Below are positions 47,688-59,830 of a stretch of DNA of 64,000 nt, one piece after another. Each line of letters opens with the position of its first letter. Within the stretch, counting starts at the first letter, position 1. The stretch is from Selaginella moellendorffii. Its lineage: Eukaryota; Plantae; Lycopodiophyta. Below the pieces are notes generated by a model. The model was given only the letters and a program-made list of their open reading frames with translations, did no database searches and was not told where the DNA came from. The stretch is taken from NCBI RefSeq assembly GCF_000143415.4, contig NW_003314281.1, forward strand, positions 2,023,882 to 2,087,881, given 5' to 3'. The position numbers were made by a program, and so were the translations under genes.

Positions 47688-50529
47688 ATGGGATTGTACT
47701 GGACTTTTATTTCATAGCGTAACGGGCTTGGAGTTCAGCTCCAAATTCAGGTGCGCTACACTTATATAGCTTTTTTATAAAAGTTATATTTGACTAAGTA
47801 AATCACTTTATAAAACACTAGTCTTTTTTGTTATGAAAGAGGATGGTACTATGAGTATATGTATCAATTATTGGGCTCTTAACAAGATCATAGTCAAAAA
47901 CAATTATTGTTTGCCTCGTATTGATAACTTGTTTAACTAACTCTTAAAGGTTAAGTATTTTATGTGAATATCATTAAATATGGGTGGCAGATCAAGATGT
48001 GGAGAAGACAACCTTTAAGACTTGTTACGGGTCTTATGAGCTCCTTGTTATATTATTTGGGTTATATAATGTTATAGTAACATTCAATACAATAATGGAT
48101 AGAATATTTTGAGATTATTTGGACACATTTGTTGTTCTATATATCAATGATGTTCTAGGCTTTAATGAAAAGTTGGAGGATCACTTAAAACACTTAGAGT
48201 TGGTGTTTCAAAAGTTATGAGAGAATAAATTATATATTAAGGAGATTAAATGCACTTTTAGTCAATTACGTGTGAAATTTCTTGGGAATATAGTTGGTGA
48301 TGGCATAGTCGAGATGGATCTAAAGAAAGTGGAAAGTGGTGAAGTTCTAAGATATCCTAACCACTGTATCAAATGTTCATTCTTTTTTTGGTTTGACAAA
48401 ATACTATTGCAAGTTTATTCATAATTTTGCAAGTATTGCTTCCAATAAAATTGTGATAATGTGGTTGGTGTTATGCTAAAGCAATGCAATTATCATATTG
48501 CATTTTACTCCAAGAATTAGATGAAACTCAACAAAGATAGCCTACACACAAGAAAAAGATCTTTGTTATAGTGTCGGCACTAAAACATTGGAGACATTAT
48601 TTGGGTGGACATACCAAGGTTTATACAAATAATAACATACTAAGTTACTTTGCAATGCAGCCAAAGCTTATGCTAAAGCAGGCTTATTGGCAAAAAAAAC
48701 TTGCTAAATTTAATACTGAAATCATTTATAAACTTGATAAAAACAATGTTGTTCTAGATGCATTGAGTTGTCAAGTGTAATTTCAAACAATGTCAACAAT
48801 CAATTTAGACTGGTTAGAGGATGTTCAGGTTTTATATGAAAGTGATTCGTTGGCAAAGGCATCTTGCATGGCACTGTACACTATGGATATTGCTCATCAA
48901 GGGGAGATTTGTCCACTATCAGATGTTGTAGATGGTGCACTTGAGTATGAAGTTGAAACTATTTTAGATTCCTGATTTCAAAGATGATCTCATATGAAGG
49001 AATATCTTATTAAGTGAAAAGATTACTTTTGTAACACTTTGTAATAAATCTTGCAAATCAATAAAATAATATATTTCTTTTAATCCAAAATTTGTTTTGT
49101 TCATTAGTTTTAGGTTAGTTTTAGTAAACTAAATTTGGCACTTTGATGTATAGGTTCAATTTATAGCCATAAGGATAATTATTATAGACTAATCACATCA
49201 CCTCTCTTTTGTTGACCCATTTTTTAAAAAGGGTGTGCTTATGTAAATAACTTCATCTATTAGTTTATAATAGTTGTTTAAATCTTCTCAATAGGGTTGA
49301 TTTCTACTAAAGGGAGTTGGGCCTTTGGCTCTCTCCTTATATCCCTACAAGCATGGATGTATCATTGGTTTGTAAACTAAGTGGTACTCGGAGCAATAAG
49401 GGTGGTGTTGCTAACTGGTTTGACATCTACAAATTTTATTAGAAATTTGTTGAAGTAAGCTGATGTTTACATGAAAACTAGTGAGAAAGTTACTTTTTTT
49501 TATAGATTTTAGTAACTTTCAAAAAGATAATAAAGCTTCACCATACCTTAATTCTCTTTCCTAAAGGACCATAAATGTAAACTATTAGGATTCTATCTTT
49601 TACACCCTATTATCTTATCCTATTATTCTAACCTGGTGCCTAACCATCTAGACAAAGCAAAAGACAAATGAGTCCTTGATTCTTGTAGAAAAAGGAAGTA
49701 GCAATGCCAAGGGAGCACAATTGTATCTAAGTAAAACTTAACAGCAGTGTTAAAGCCAAAATCCACTAGGGACAAAATGGAACCAACTCTAAAACTAGAA
49801 AGAAATCAACTGAAATAACCTCTTGACTTCCCATGTCAATCAGTCCCTAAAACCTCCAGGGATAACTTTCTGACAAGGCTCATACACTTTGATAACTTGA
49901 TGCTTGCTTCAAACATTCCACTCTATAAAAACCTAGACACCATATCACAAGCCTTTAAAACGTTTTAGCATTTTCATTGCTTTGTTTGTTTTAGGGTTTT
50001 TTTTGGGTATGGTGGAATAGACATAGGCACTAGAATTGGGGGTAAGGGGGAACTTGAAAATTTCTCTCGCTCTCCCATCGTAGTGTCTTCACAGCAACCG
50101 CATTGTCTCCCTCGTCCACGCCTTTGTCGCACTTGTGCATTGCATGCTCTCTCTCCATGACTGGCACCGGCCCTTCTCTTGCCTTGCCCACGCAGGTGAG
50201 AGGAAGAAATTCTCACACCTGAAAGAAAGATGAGATCTTCGGAGCAATCAAGGTATCATCTACGATTTCTTGTGCTGTCTTATGAAAAGCCTCACTCTTT
50301 CTAGTTTTAGCTGGCTTTAGTTGGGGATTTCGGCCTTAACGTTGCTCCAGTTTTACTCGGACGCATTTCAGCCATATCCCCTCAAAAGGGAGAGTAACAA
50401 ACCTCCATCTCTCATGAACACGGTAAACCAGCTTCTTTCTCTTCCAACACAACGACAAGTTTTTCGATGTAGTGCAGAGGAGAACCAAAGATTCCTGTTG
50501 ATTTAAGGGTTAAGTTTAGGGTTACGGTT

Positions 50530-51813
50530 ATGGCGGTCAGGAGGTTTTTCAGGAAGTTTTTCAATCGAACATCAGAGCCGAATGATCTGGCGGTCAGGAA
50601 GTTTTACAATCGAACATCAGAGCTGAATGATCTAAGGAATCACCTCACTCCCGTGGACATCGGGCATCCGGGTAAGATGGTTCTTGTGACGGGGCCAAGG
50701 CAATCGGGCAAATCGGCGCTTCTTCAAGAGTTCTGTTCTAGGCAGCGTGCCGGCGACTACCCTGGTGTTCCAGCCTTCGTTGACATGCGGGAGTGGAGCA
50801 ACATCGACCCCTCAAAGTTTTGGATTAACTTAGGTGCCAGTTTTGAAAAGTCTCTTCAGCTCAAAGGAAAAGCGCCTGCAAAGCTGGGTCTCAAAGTCTT
50901 TTCGATGCCGAAGCTACGGCGACTTGGTTTGGGTCTCGATGTCGTGTCTTCGAAGCAGGATCCCATCGGCAGGGTGATGGCTGGTTTAGAGGAGTACACG
51001 TCCGCCATGAGAATGGACATGCCGGGTTTCCTCAATGGATTTCCCACGATATTCATCGACGAAGCTGATGCTCTGGCTAGCTGGACCAGAACCGCAGGGG
51101 GTGTTCAGGAGCTGGATTACCTATTGCGGTTCCTGGTGCGGATCTCTAAGCAGGAGAATGCAGCTAACGTGGTTTTGGCTTCATCAGAAAACTTCTTTAA
51201 GAAATGGTTGTGTGACATGGAACCCTTCCTTGGTCATAAGGTCGTCCGCGCAAGTGTTGGTCACTTCAACGAAGAGGAGGCCAAAGAGTTCGTGAGGCAG
51301 GGCCTCCAGGAATCAGACTTGAACCGGGAGGGGCTTGAAGCGGAGGTGCTTGCGATTTGGGATGACGTTTATGCTCACTACGGGGGAGCCATTATGTTGC
51401 TGTATGATCTTCTCCACATGGCACTACGCTCACAGCCTGGTGAAGTCTGCAAAAACTGGGAGGTGGCGAAGCAGCAGTGCATGAACGAAGCGACGTGCCT
51501 AGTCGAAGAAGGTTTTCATCCTAACAATATGGGCAAAGCTAACAAGATGGTCAAAGCTGCTGCGTGGACGCCTGATGACTGGAAGAATGTGGTGGGAGCC
51601 ATGGCAGCTACCGAGGATGGAGTTCTCCCCTTCCATTCACTGTCTGTGTCTGGTCTTGAATCAATGGTCCGTTACAATTTCCTCGAATACAGGGAGCCGA
51701 CCGGTTGGGACAAAGACATCAAAGCCATATCGACTCCGATCTTCATGCCAGTCACAAGAGCTCAGCATCTGGCAATGAGACAAGTTGTAACTCGACCCAG
51801 TCGACACAACTGA
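50530..51813 (+). CDS. P-loop NTPase of the ATPase_2 (archaeal ATPase/STAND-like) type, intronless
   Basis: FYNRTSELNDL (FxxRxxE), Walker A GPRQSGKS, Walker B IFIDEAD, VVLASS sensor, YGG in the helical region. Confidence 0.8.
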   Translation: MAVRRFFRKFFNRTSEPNDLAVRKFYNRTSELNDLRNHLTPVDIGHPGKMVLVTGPRQSGKSALLQEFCSRQRAGDYPGVPAFVDMREWSNIDPSKFWINLGASFEKSLQLKGKAPAKLGLKVFSMPKLRRLGLGLDVVSSKQDPIGRVMAGLEEYTSAMRMDMPGFLNGFPTIFIDEADALASWTRTAGGVQELDYLLRFLVRISKQENAANVVLASSENFFKKWLCDMEPFLGHKVVRASVGHFNEEEAKEFVRQGLQESDLNREGLEAEVLAIWDDVYAHYGGAIMLLYDLLHMALRSQPGEVCKNWEVAKQQCMNEATCLVEEGFHPNNMGKANKMVKAAAWTPDDWKNVVGAMAATEDGVLPFHSLSVSGLESMVRYNFLEYREPTGWDKDIKAISTPIFMPVTRAQHLAMRQVVTRPSRHN

Positions 51814-52539
51814 ATTATGGTTGGAATAAATCACTCTAATAAAGTGTTATGTTACTCTAATAAAATATTATGGTTGGATTTTGTTCCTAGCAATGAACTT
51901 ACAGGCAGCCTTCCATACAAGGTAAGCTGTTCGTGTGAAAATAGCATCCGACTGTCTGAATTGGCCAAGTGGGCCCTCCTACTTAGAAGAAGATGTCCTA
52001 CCACACTTTTTTTATTACTTTGCCACGCTTGCCCGTGCTGTTAAGTCCAGTCAACAGGCCTGGGCTCTCCTGTTGACGTTGAGAGTGAGACCTTATCTTT
52101 ATGAGGTAAGGTACAAATATCCATTGTCAAGCTAAATGTATAAATTGTTATTTGCATAGGGATTTTGGAAGTCCCACTTTGAATACAACTAAAAATCTTC
52201 AAGACCAAAACTACTATAAGTTACTTTGCAACTTATTTTGAAATTTCAAAGTTGACAGTGTAGAAGTACATAACACTCATCGATGCCAATCAAAGGGGTG
52301 TATATAAGAAACAAAGGTGCAATCATGTTTGGGCTAATGCTTTTATGAATCATGCTAGTGCAAACTAAAGGATTATCAATTCCCACTGTGGTGTAAGATA
52401 TTGTTTTAGTCAACACCAATTACACCAGACTTTAGCTATATATAATCCAGCTAAACTTCAATAAAGACACATGATTAGAATTCACTATAAATACTTAAAT
52501 GACACATTTATGCATTGTGTGATATAGATTATAAATTTA

Positions 52540-52998
52540 TTCTATAAATTGTGATCATGGGATGAGATTTGGATATACTATTAACCTTAAATGGGAATAA
52601 AATAGCCATTAAAGACTATTTCATTAAGCAAACCTATATCCTAAACAATCACATTGGTGGAGATGAGAGGCATTTATATATGGTATTTGAGTAAATGGTA
52701 TGAGTTTGATTTCCATTAATTAATTAGTGGCTATTTAAAAATATAATATATTCTTTAGTAAGGTATTTTTCACCCCTAAATTTGAAATCATACTTCTTGG
52801 GTATTTATGTGTATGTCCTTCCTTTATGAATGATTAATTCCCTAGCTAATCTGCACAATAAAAGGATTTGTAGATTCAATGCTGAAATGAAGAATTTTAA
52901 CATCTCTAAAGAGGGGGTATATCTTATATGTGATCATGGGACAAAATTTAAATATACTGTTATTGTAATAATTACCTCTTTCTAGAGTTGGCTTACAA
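52540..52998 (+). mobile_element. Degenerate copy of TRIM family 2
   Basis: Reverse-complement similarity to 30437-31112 (TGTGATCATGGGATGAGATTTGGATATACT; CCCCTAAATTTGAAATC). Confidence 0.7.
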
Positions 52999-53349
52999 TT
53001 AATCTTGATATGCATTAAAAAAGTTTTACCACATTATAGAACAAGAATAATATAATGACAATTTATTTTATGATTTTAAACAAGTTTTTGGTTTGAGGCT
53101 GATAACCAACCCTATTAATACACATTCTAAAGAAGAGAATTTTTACATTTTACTTCACAATCTTTATTTTCTTCTTTTATTCTCTAGAAGACTCAATCAA
53201 AACATCCAAGTCACCCACCATATCCTTGAAGTATTTCTTCTTGCTATACTCCTAATAAAACACAATAAGATTGCTTTATTTGTCACATTTGAGCAGATAG
53301 AATACTAATGGATTTTCAAAGTTTTGCTTAGAAGTACAATACTCGTCAA

Positions 53350-54491
53350 TCAGTGTCTAATTGCCTCAGTGATGGAGAAAGGATCTGCTTCAAAGAATCT
53401 CACGCTTCCAAATCCACATGATTCCAGCAAATTTTTCCATCCAGTTTTCGTTCTCTGGTACCGCTGGCTCCCCGACAAGAACATCATATCAAGCTGCAAG
53501 TGTAACTCCTTGCCTTCGTCCATGACCATGTCACAAATGATGATTTTCCCATCTGATTCGAGGGCCGAGTGACAGTTCTTGACGATCTTTGCCGCATCAG
53601 CATCCGCAAACATGTGTAAGAAACTCTGCGCTCAAACACATCTGATGTAAGATAGAAAAGAAACTAATGCCCTCACTTTCAAGAAAATGCCATCCCCAGG
53701 TGGAACGAAGTCCATAGCATCTCCGGGAACGTTTTCCACACCTGATAGAGTTTTCAGCAAGATCCAAGAAGAACTACAGATCATTACAAACTCGTACCTG
53801 GATATGCTGGAGCATTTGCAATGACCCGAGGAAGATCGAAGTTCACAGCCTGGATGTGCGGGTAGAGCCGCACAATCTGAGCCAGAAACGAGCCCGTGTC
53901 ACCCCCAACGTCGACAAGCCTCTTGACGCTCTTGAAACCATCGTAGACTCGCGTAACAGTAGCAGAGGTTGCCGTGCTTATACTCAGCCTGAAGTCTTCG
54001 ATAACTTTCCAAAACTCTGGATGCGCTGCCACATAGTCCTGAGGTTCCATTCCATGAGCTTCCACAAAAGCATTGGAGTCGCCCGGCCGCTTGATGGCAG
54101 CATCTACATGTTGCCACGAACGCTGAGTGACTTCGGACGTGCAGAAGGAGAGAATGCCCCCCACGAAGACGTCACTGCTAGAGCCATGGCTGACCAGCAG
54201 CCTGGACATGGGAGTGAGGCCATAGCGAGCTCCGTTGAGAGCGAGCACCTTCTTGAAGACGAGAAACCTGAGGAGTCGGAACAGCCTCTCGGCCTGGATG
54301 CTATCTGCATCGTGCTTGATCCGTAGCTCCTGAATGATCTCGTCCAGAGTGGCTCCTTGCTCCGACGAGAACTTGGACACGATGTTGAAGATGTCGAGCT
54401 TGACTGCGGCCTTGAGAGCGAAGGGCGCTGCAAATCCCAGTGTGAGGCTCCAAAACTGGCTGTACGCTTCCATTTGCTCGCTCGTCGCCAT
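53350..54491 (-). CDS. COMT-like class II O-methyltransferase, copy 1 (about 344 aa)
   Basis: Exons 54491-53798, 53741-53677, 53625-53350 in frame. Dimerisation domain LKAAVKLDIF, LVDVGGDTG, FDLPRVI, GDAM, KSFLHMF. Confidence 0.92.
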
Positions 54492-55044
54492 TGCGAATTG
54501 CTGCTTGGTTGCTCTGTTTGATGGAAGAACGACCCCACCCTCGTTTCTTATCGGTGATGAAGTGTCGAACAGGGCGAACTTGCCGCGGAGCTGCGGCCGC
54601 ACCTTCCAAGAACCTCAAACATTTGTAGAATAATAGTCTCTAGATCTCAGCGTGAGGACCTCTCTCGAAACCATGAATCGAATTCTTACCATAGTTCCCT
54701 GCGACAATTTTCTCAGCAATCGTGGAGAAGCGGAAGGAAGAGATACCTGCCTAACGTAGAAGCTCCATCGAATATCTCGAAAGCGGTACGACCACTCTCA
54801 ATCGTGGCGGAGGAAGAGATACCAGTTTTAATGTAGCCATCGAAATATCTTCCATAACGGCACCGATCGAGTACCTGTCTCTCAATCGCTAGAAATTTCA
54901 CTTTCCTGTGCTGGAGGAGGCCAAAGACGGCAGCAGATCCATCCTCTGATCAGCGCCCGGCGACAGGATCGCGTTGCCGCTCTCAAGAATGCGTTATAAA
55001 CCCTAGGTTTGATAGTCACTCTGTTATTAGGGTTTATAGCAAAG

Positions 55045-55884
55045 ATGACTTTCATGGACAAGCTAATGCGCGCAGTGGCGGCACTCGAGTACAAGGCGCA
55101 GCACCGCGACGATCTCGACTGTGAGGCCTTCAACAAGCGCCCAGAGCTTACACTCGGCACCAACTGGAGCATGGACAAATTTGACAGGTATTGCGAGCGC
55201 TACAAGCTCTTCTCCAAGTGTATCTTCCGCCACGGCCGGGTCATCGTGGTGGACGCTGGGTACACCAATCTGAGGTACGCCATAGTCATGTCACAGGTTA
55301 GCATTGCGCTCCAGCCGGCCGTTGGCATCCCCTGGCCATTCCAGCCCAAGGGATCCAACCGAGTGGTGAGATACTTGTCCCTGGGTGCCAGCCATCGATC
55401 TGTGATTCCAGGGCCGCCCCGGATCTTTGTGAGCGTCGGAGAGTACCAGACCTTGCCGGAGCTTCTCTCGTATGTGGACTCTTACATCCAGGAGCCAGGC
55501 TCAAAGCTCCAGTACCTCTTGGTGCTGAAGTTCTACCCCGGGTCGGGCAACCGGATGGTGGCCGTGATCTACGAGATCGTCGGCAGTGGTGGTGGCGAGG
55601 GTGGTGCCATGGTTACAAGTGCTAGCGCTGTGTCCTTTGGAGATGAGGCGCTGTTCCCGGAGACTCTGGCTTTCCTGGCGGAGCGGGAGATCCCAGTGAC
55701 TGGTGTGGGACTCGGTGGAGAGAGGTGTGACAGAATTGGAATCCCGAGTTACCAGATTAAACTTGCCACTGCGAAAGTTCTTGAGGGAGGAGACCTTGGG
55801 CTTCCAGAGATCCGGGACAAGGGAGACAACCTGATATTGGATCTCTACATTATCCAGGCTGCATACGGATGCCGTTGTCTGTGA
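55045..55884 (+). CDS. Uma2-like/Crinkler-type restriction-endonuclease-fold protein, possibly inactive, intronless
   Basis: Pattern PRIFVSVGEYQTLPEL...YLLVLKFY...VSFG...YQIKL...LILDLYIIQ resembles eukaryotic Uma2-like REases (my recognition, no search). No clear PD motif and the Glu is replaced by Ser. Confidence 0.55.
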   Translation: MTFMDKLMRAVAALEYKAQHRDDLDCEAFNKRPELTLGTNWSMDKFDRYCERYKLFSKCIFRHGRVIVVDAGYTNLRYAIVMSQVSIALQPAVGIPWPFQPKGSNRVVRYLSLGASHRSVIPGPPRIFVSVGEYQTLPELLSYVDSYIQEPGSKLQYLLVLKFYPGSGNRMVAVIYEIVGSGGGEGGAMVTSASAVSFGDEALFPETLAFLAEREIPVTGVGLGGERCDRIGIPSYQIKLATAKVLEGGDLGLPEIRDKGDNLILDLYIIQAAYGCRCL

Positions 55885-55954
55885 AACTGGTTCTTCGTCT
55901 AGTTTTGGTTTGGCTTGCTAGCTTTCCTTGAAATGAAATTGAGAAAGGAATAGC

Positions 55955-56290
55955 AGGCCCGGCGCACGATAGCAGCATTGGGGTGAGCGCGTGAGTACAC
56001 GCAACACACCATGCGATCCGGGCCATTGCCCCAGAACTTCAGCGCGATCACAAATCGGCATGATGGCAACGCGAAATACTCCTCGCATCTGCAGAAAACA
56101 AGCGCGATCACAAATGGCACAACGGCAACACGAAATCCTCTGCACCTGCGGAAAACGCCCTGAAGCGACTGACTTGTGGCAACTTCCACAAAGCCAGATG
56201 GAGCATCAACAGTACCATCCGGCTGCTGCATGCGGATCGTGACGTCGGGTTCCCTCCTCACGTTTGGTGCAAGATACGCGACGATCAAGA
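55955..56290 (-). pseudogene. Fragment of a second Uma2-like REase with intact catalytic motif
   Basis: RREPDVTI...PSGFVEVATSQSL...FVIALKFW...RMVCCVY. A likely C-terminal piece lies on the + strand at about 57110-57360 (YQVRIP...YHIDLYLVQ). Confidence 0.55.
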
Positions 56291-57709
56291 AGACACACTA
56301 GCTTCCATAGCCGGAGCGTGAAGGAAGCGAATCCCAATTACATTCTGCCATCTGTAAAGTACCGTAAAAGACCAGGTCAAGAAAGGTCAAAACTTCTTCC
56401 CGCCACGATCGCTAGAGCTTGGAGCTTAGGGCTAAGAGATTGTAGATTCGCTGCTGCTGCATTTTTTGTCCAACGCAGTAAGTAAAGATCTCTGTTAGAA
56501 ATGGAGAAAGTGATCGGTACTTAGTTTCTTCGCCATTGCTGAGAGAACATCTGAGAATTCGATTCATGGTCTTCGCCTTTGAAGGATCAGTGATGTCACA
56601 ATTCCCGTTTCGAGGTTCTTGGAAGGTGCGCCACTTCATCACAACAGTTCTGGGGTCGTTCTTCCATCAAACAGAGCAAGCAAGGAGCGATTCGCAGTGG
56701 CGAGGAGCGAGCAAATGGAAGCGTACAGTCAGTTCTGGAGCCTCACACTGGGATTTGCAGCGCACAGTGAAGCTCGACATCGTCAACAGATATCCTGTCC
56801 AAGTTCTTCTCCGGAAGCCCAAGGTCTCCTCCCCCGAGAACTTTGGCAGTGGCAAGCTTAATCTGATAACTCGGGATGCCAATTCTGTCACAGCTCTCTC
56901 CACCAAGTCCCACACCAGTCACTGGGATCTCCCGCTCCGCCAAGAAAGCCAGAGTCTCCGGGAACAGCACCTCCTCTCCAAAAGACACAGCGTTAGCACT
57001 CGTAGCCACGGCACCACCATCACCGCCACCACCGCCGACGATCTCGTAGACCACGGCCACAGATGTATGAGCTCGGGACAAACGAGATAATGTCGGCTGC
57101 GAGATTGCCGAGAACGATATATAGATATCTACTCTTTGATTTAGACCAGACTACTACTTACTGCTCCGTTCTTCCCTGGATTCGATGTGGGACCAATTTG
57201 ATACGCAGAGGATCGTGGGCTTTAATGCTGGAGATCAGACTGTATCAAGTACGTATTCCCGGAAATTGGATCTTTGGCAATCAACCTGTCCCTCCCCAAG
57301 CTCAAGCCGTGTATCACATCGACCTCTACCTTGTTCAACGCGCGTTTCACGAGCAAATAGGAAAGGCCGAGCCTTTCTTGTTTCGTGCTACTAGGGTTTA
57401 GGTGAGTTTTCTAACGTTGAGGATTTCTACCAAGAGCCAGCGCTCGGCCGGGTCATCGTGGTCGAAGCTGGGAGAGTTACGCCACGGCCTTAGCAGTGTG
57501 CTCCAGCCGGCCTTTGGCATCTCCAGCCCAAGGGATCCAACCGAGTGGTGAGATTGTCCCTGGGTGCCAGCCATCGATCAGTGTTTCCAGGGCCGCCCCG
57601 GATCTAACTCTTGTAACCAAAAGGCTTGCTTCACAGAAACATATTCCGTTACCAAAACTAGACGACCTCAGGTAAAACTTGAGGTACTCGAGCCCGGATC
57701 CTAAAAATA

Positions 57710-57942
57710 CGGGCTTTGGAGAAGGTGCTCTGGAGCCTGATCTGCTACTGCGACTTGGGACTGGCACTGTCCTCGGCCACGAGAGGAACTTGTCCATCTT
57801 CCACGGAAGCCAATCTTGCTCTCCGTGGTACCTAGTCAGTCATAAGTAAATTACTGGTGTTGTAACTTTCGGAGCTGGAAAAGCCTTGACGTGCCGGGAC
57901 GTGTAGTATCGCAAGCTCGATATCTCTTCGGTAGTGAACCTC
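57710..57942 (-). pseudogene. Collapsed remnant of the GH1 beta-glucosidase
   Basis: Collinear pieces matching about 62000-62085, 62473-62500, 62545-62650 and 62677-62711, joined by deletions. Confidence 0.8.
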
Positions 57943-59830
57943 GTGGCAAAATGGCAAAGTTAATCTCGTTGGCTCGCAGTAATTGATTTAATTCCAGCAT
58001 TGCACTGCGGAACACAAAAGGCAAAAGTAATTTTCTTTATCAACTGCAAAAGCTTACGCACGTCTTCAATGTCAAGTTTTAGCTTCAGCCCTCGCAAGTT
58101 CTCCAACAAGAAGACTTTAAAGTGGATGTGTCAACTCCTCGTATCTGCAAACAGAGAACAGTGAAGAAGCAGCCACAACTTTAAACCAGACCTGCTCATC
58201 ATTATCTCCATGTTCCATCGCTAGGAAGAGGACTACCACTTGTTTGCTCAGGAAATGCCTTCAACATCCTGAAGAGACATGAGAACAGATAAAGAAAAAC
58301 ACAAATAGTGGAAAAAGGAACTTCAAGGAACCTGCTCAAAGATTCTGCAGTTAATCGAACGTCACCTACTTCTGCTGACGCTTTCGAAATGTTTCGAGAG
58401 GTCGTCCCTGATAGACAAGAGCTGAAAACGTTAGTGTCTGATATTAATCACGAGCAAAAATTACCGCTTCCTCAACGTGCTCTTGGTAGAAATCTTTTAT
58501 GGCTTCTGCACCTTGTCGGATCCAGTTCAAAGTCGTCACTACCAGCCAACCGGGTATTCTTATTGGGCCTCTCATACGAAGGCAACTGCAGTCACTTAAG
58601 CTAGTCAGGAAGTACAAGTTCTTACATGCACTCTTTGATGTTGCTGAGATTTGCACGTAAGCACCGAACGACCCATCTCAATTTCTTCGTCCATCCAATC
58701 TCGTTTGGACATGATTTCTTTCGGTACGTAAGCGACATACAGGCGGGCCTTCACGTCGTAGTAAACATTCTATACACGAAAAACAAATTAAACTATGGAT
58801 TGATTAGCACGACTCTACTTACAGGAGGTAAAGCGTAATTTCTTTGAGTTGCATCGTAGACACTTGTCGAAGCAGCCCTGATCAGAAATGAAGGAAACAT
58901 GAAAAAGAACTTTTCTTGACAGAGTGCAATACCTGAGTCAGCAGTACTGCAAGCTGCTCCTGAATGATTCCAAGCATCGTTATGCTCTCGGTAATTCGAC
59001 ACGACGCATCATACACCAGCTTTTGAGTCGCAGAGCTTTCGGAGATTAAGGCACGAATCATGCAGGCCAAGCCTTCCACAAAGGCGTGAGGACCTCTCTC
59101 CAGACCATGAATCGAATTCTCATCATGTCAGCTCCCTGTGACAAAATTCCTGGAACATAAAGAAGAAAAACAAGGAGCAAACCTGAGATCGATGCTCATG
59201 GAGGCCAGGAAGAAGGTAGCAGCACTCATTCTTCCATCTCGCAAAGTCAATGCCGACTCAGCAGCGCCTCAGTCACGAAGCCCCAAACCCTAAGGTTTTA
59301 ACGTCTCAAGAAAGATGGAACAGAGCTCCATGGCCAGATTGCCATGGCCGGAGATTGTAGATGCCAGACCCACGCGGATTGTGGCAATTTGGCAACGGCA
59401 AATTGCTTGCGGGCTCTGCCGCATATTCTTGGAATCAAGAGCCATTTACATTCTTCGAGTGTTTTGGAGAAGCCATCTACCAGGTAGAAATAGAAGCCTA
59501 TCTCTCGACTGATTTTACTTCCATCGCAAAATGCCGCTTTCTTACAATCAATTACATTACGACTATGTTTCGATTGTCGTCTCGCCATCTTAGCTCCGGC
59601 CAGCCTTGTTTTTGTATTCCATTCGCAACATGGAAAAGATTTTATCGCTAGAACATTAGATTTGGGTAAGCTTCCAGATTTTGATATTAAGTTCCTATAC
59701 ACTTTGAGATCATTGTTTCATTGACAACAATTATATGCTGTATTTGTTGAATATGTGCTCAATACTTCGACAATGTTATGAATGTGATTTTCAAAGTTTT
59801 AATTTCGAGTACAAGGATAATACTCGTCAA

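Larger units (their letters stand above)
27482..47760 (+). mobile_element. Element C2: gypsy chromovirus inserted into C1 pol, carrying further insertions
   Basis: LTRs 27482-29002 and 46275-47760, PBS TGGTATCA at about 29005, PPT AAGGGGGGGGAGAG, degenerate TSD CTCAC/CTTAT. gag-PR-RT 29190-32181, IN-chromodomain 44644-45660 with stops. Confidence 0.88.
23871..49405 (+). mobile_element. Element C1: old degenerate gypsy chromovirus, split by C2, 3' LTR not seen
   Basis: LTR from 23871 to about 25398 and a PBS-like TGGTATTAGA. Degenerate gag-PR runs to 27481 and RT resumes in register at 47761. RH and chromodomain relics to about 49020, 3' UTR similar to that of C2. Confidence 0.8.

Noticed and set aside
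57960-59290. Degenerate multi-exon gene on the minus strand, part of which recurs in the OMT upstream regions
   Set aside because: Splice-like signals are present but no family could be assigned.
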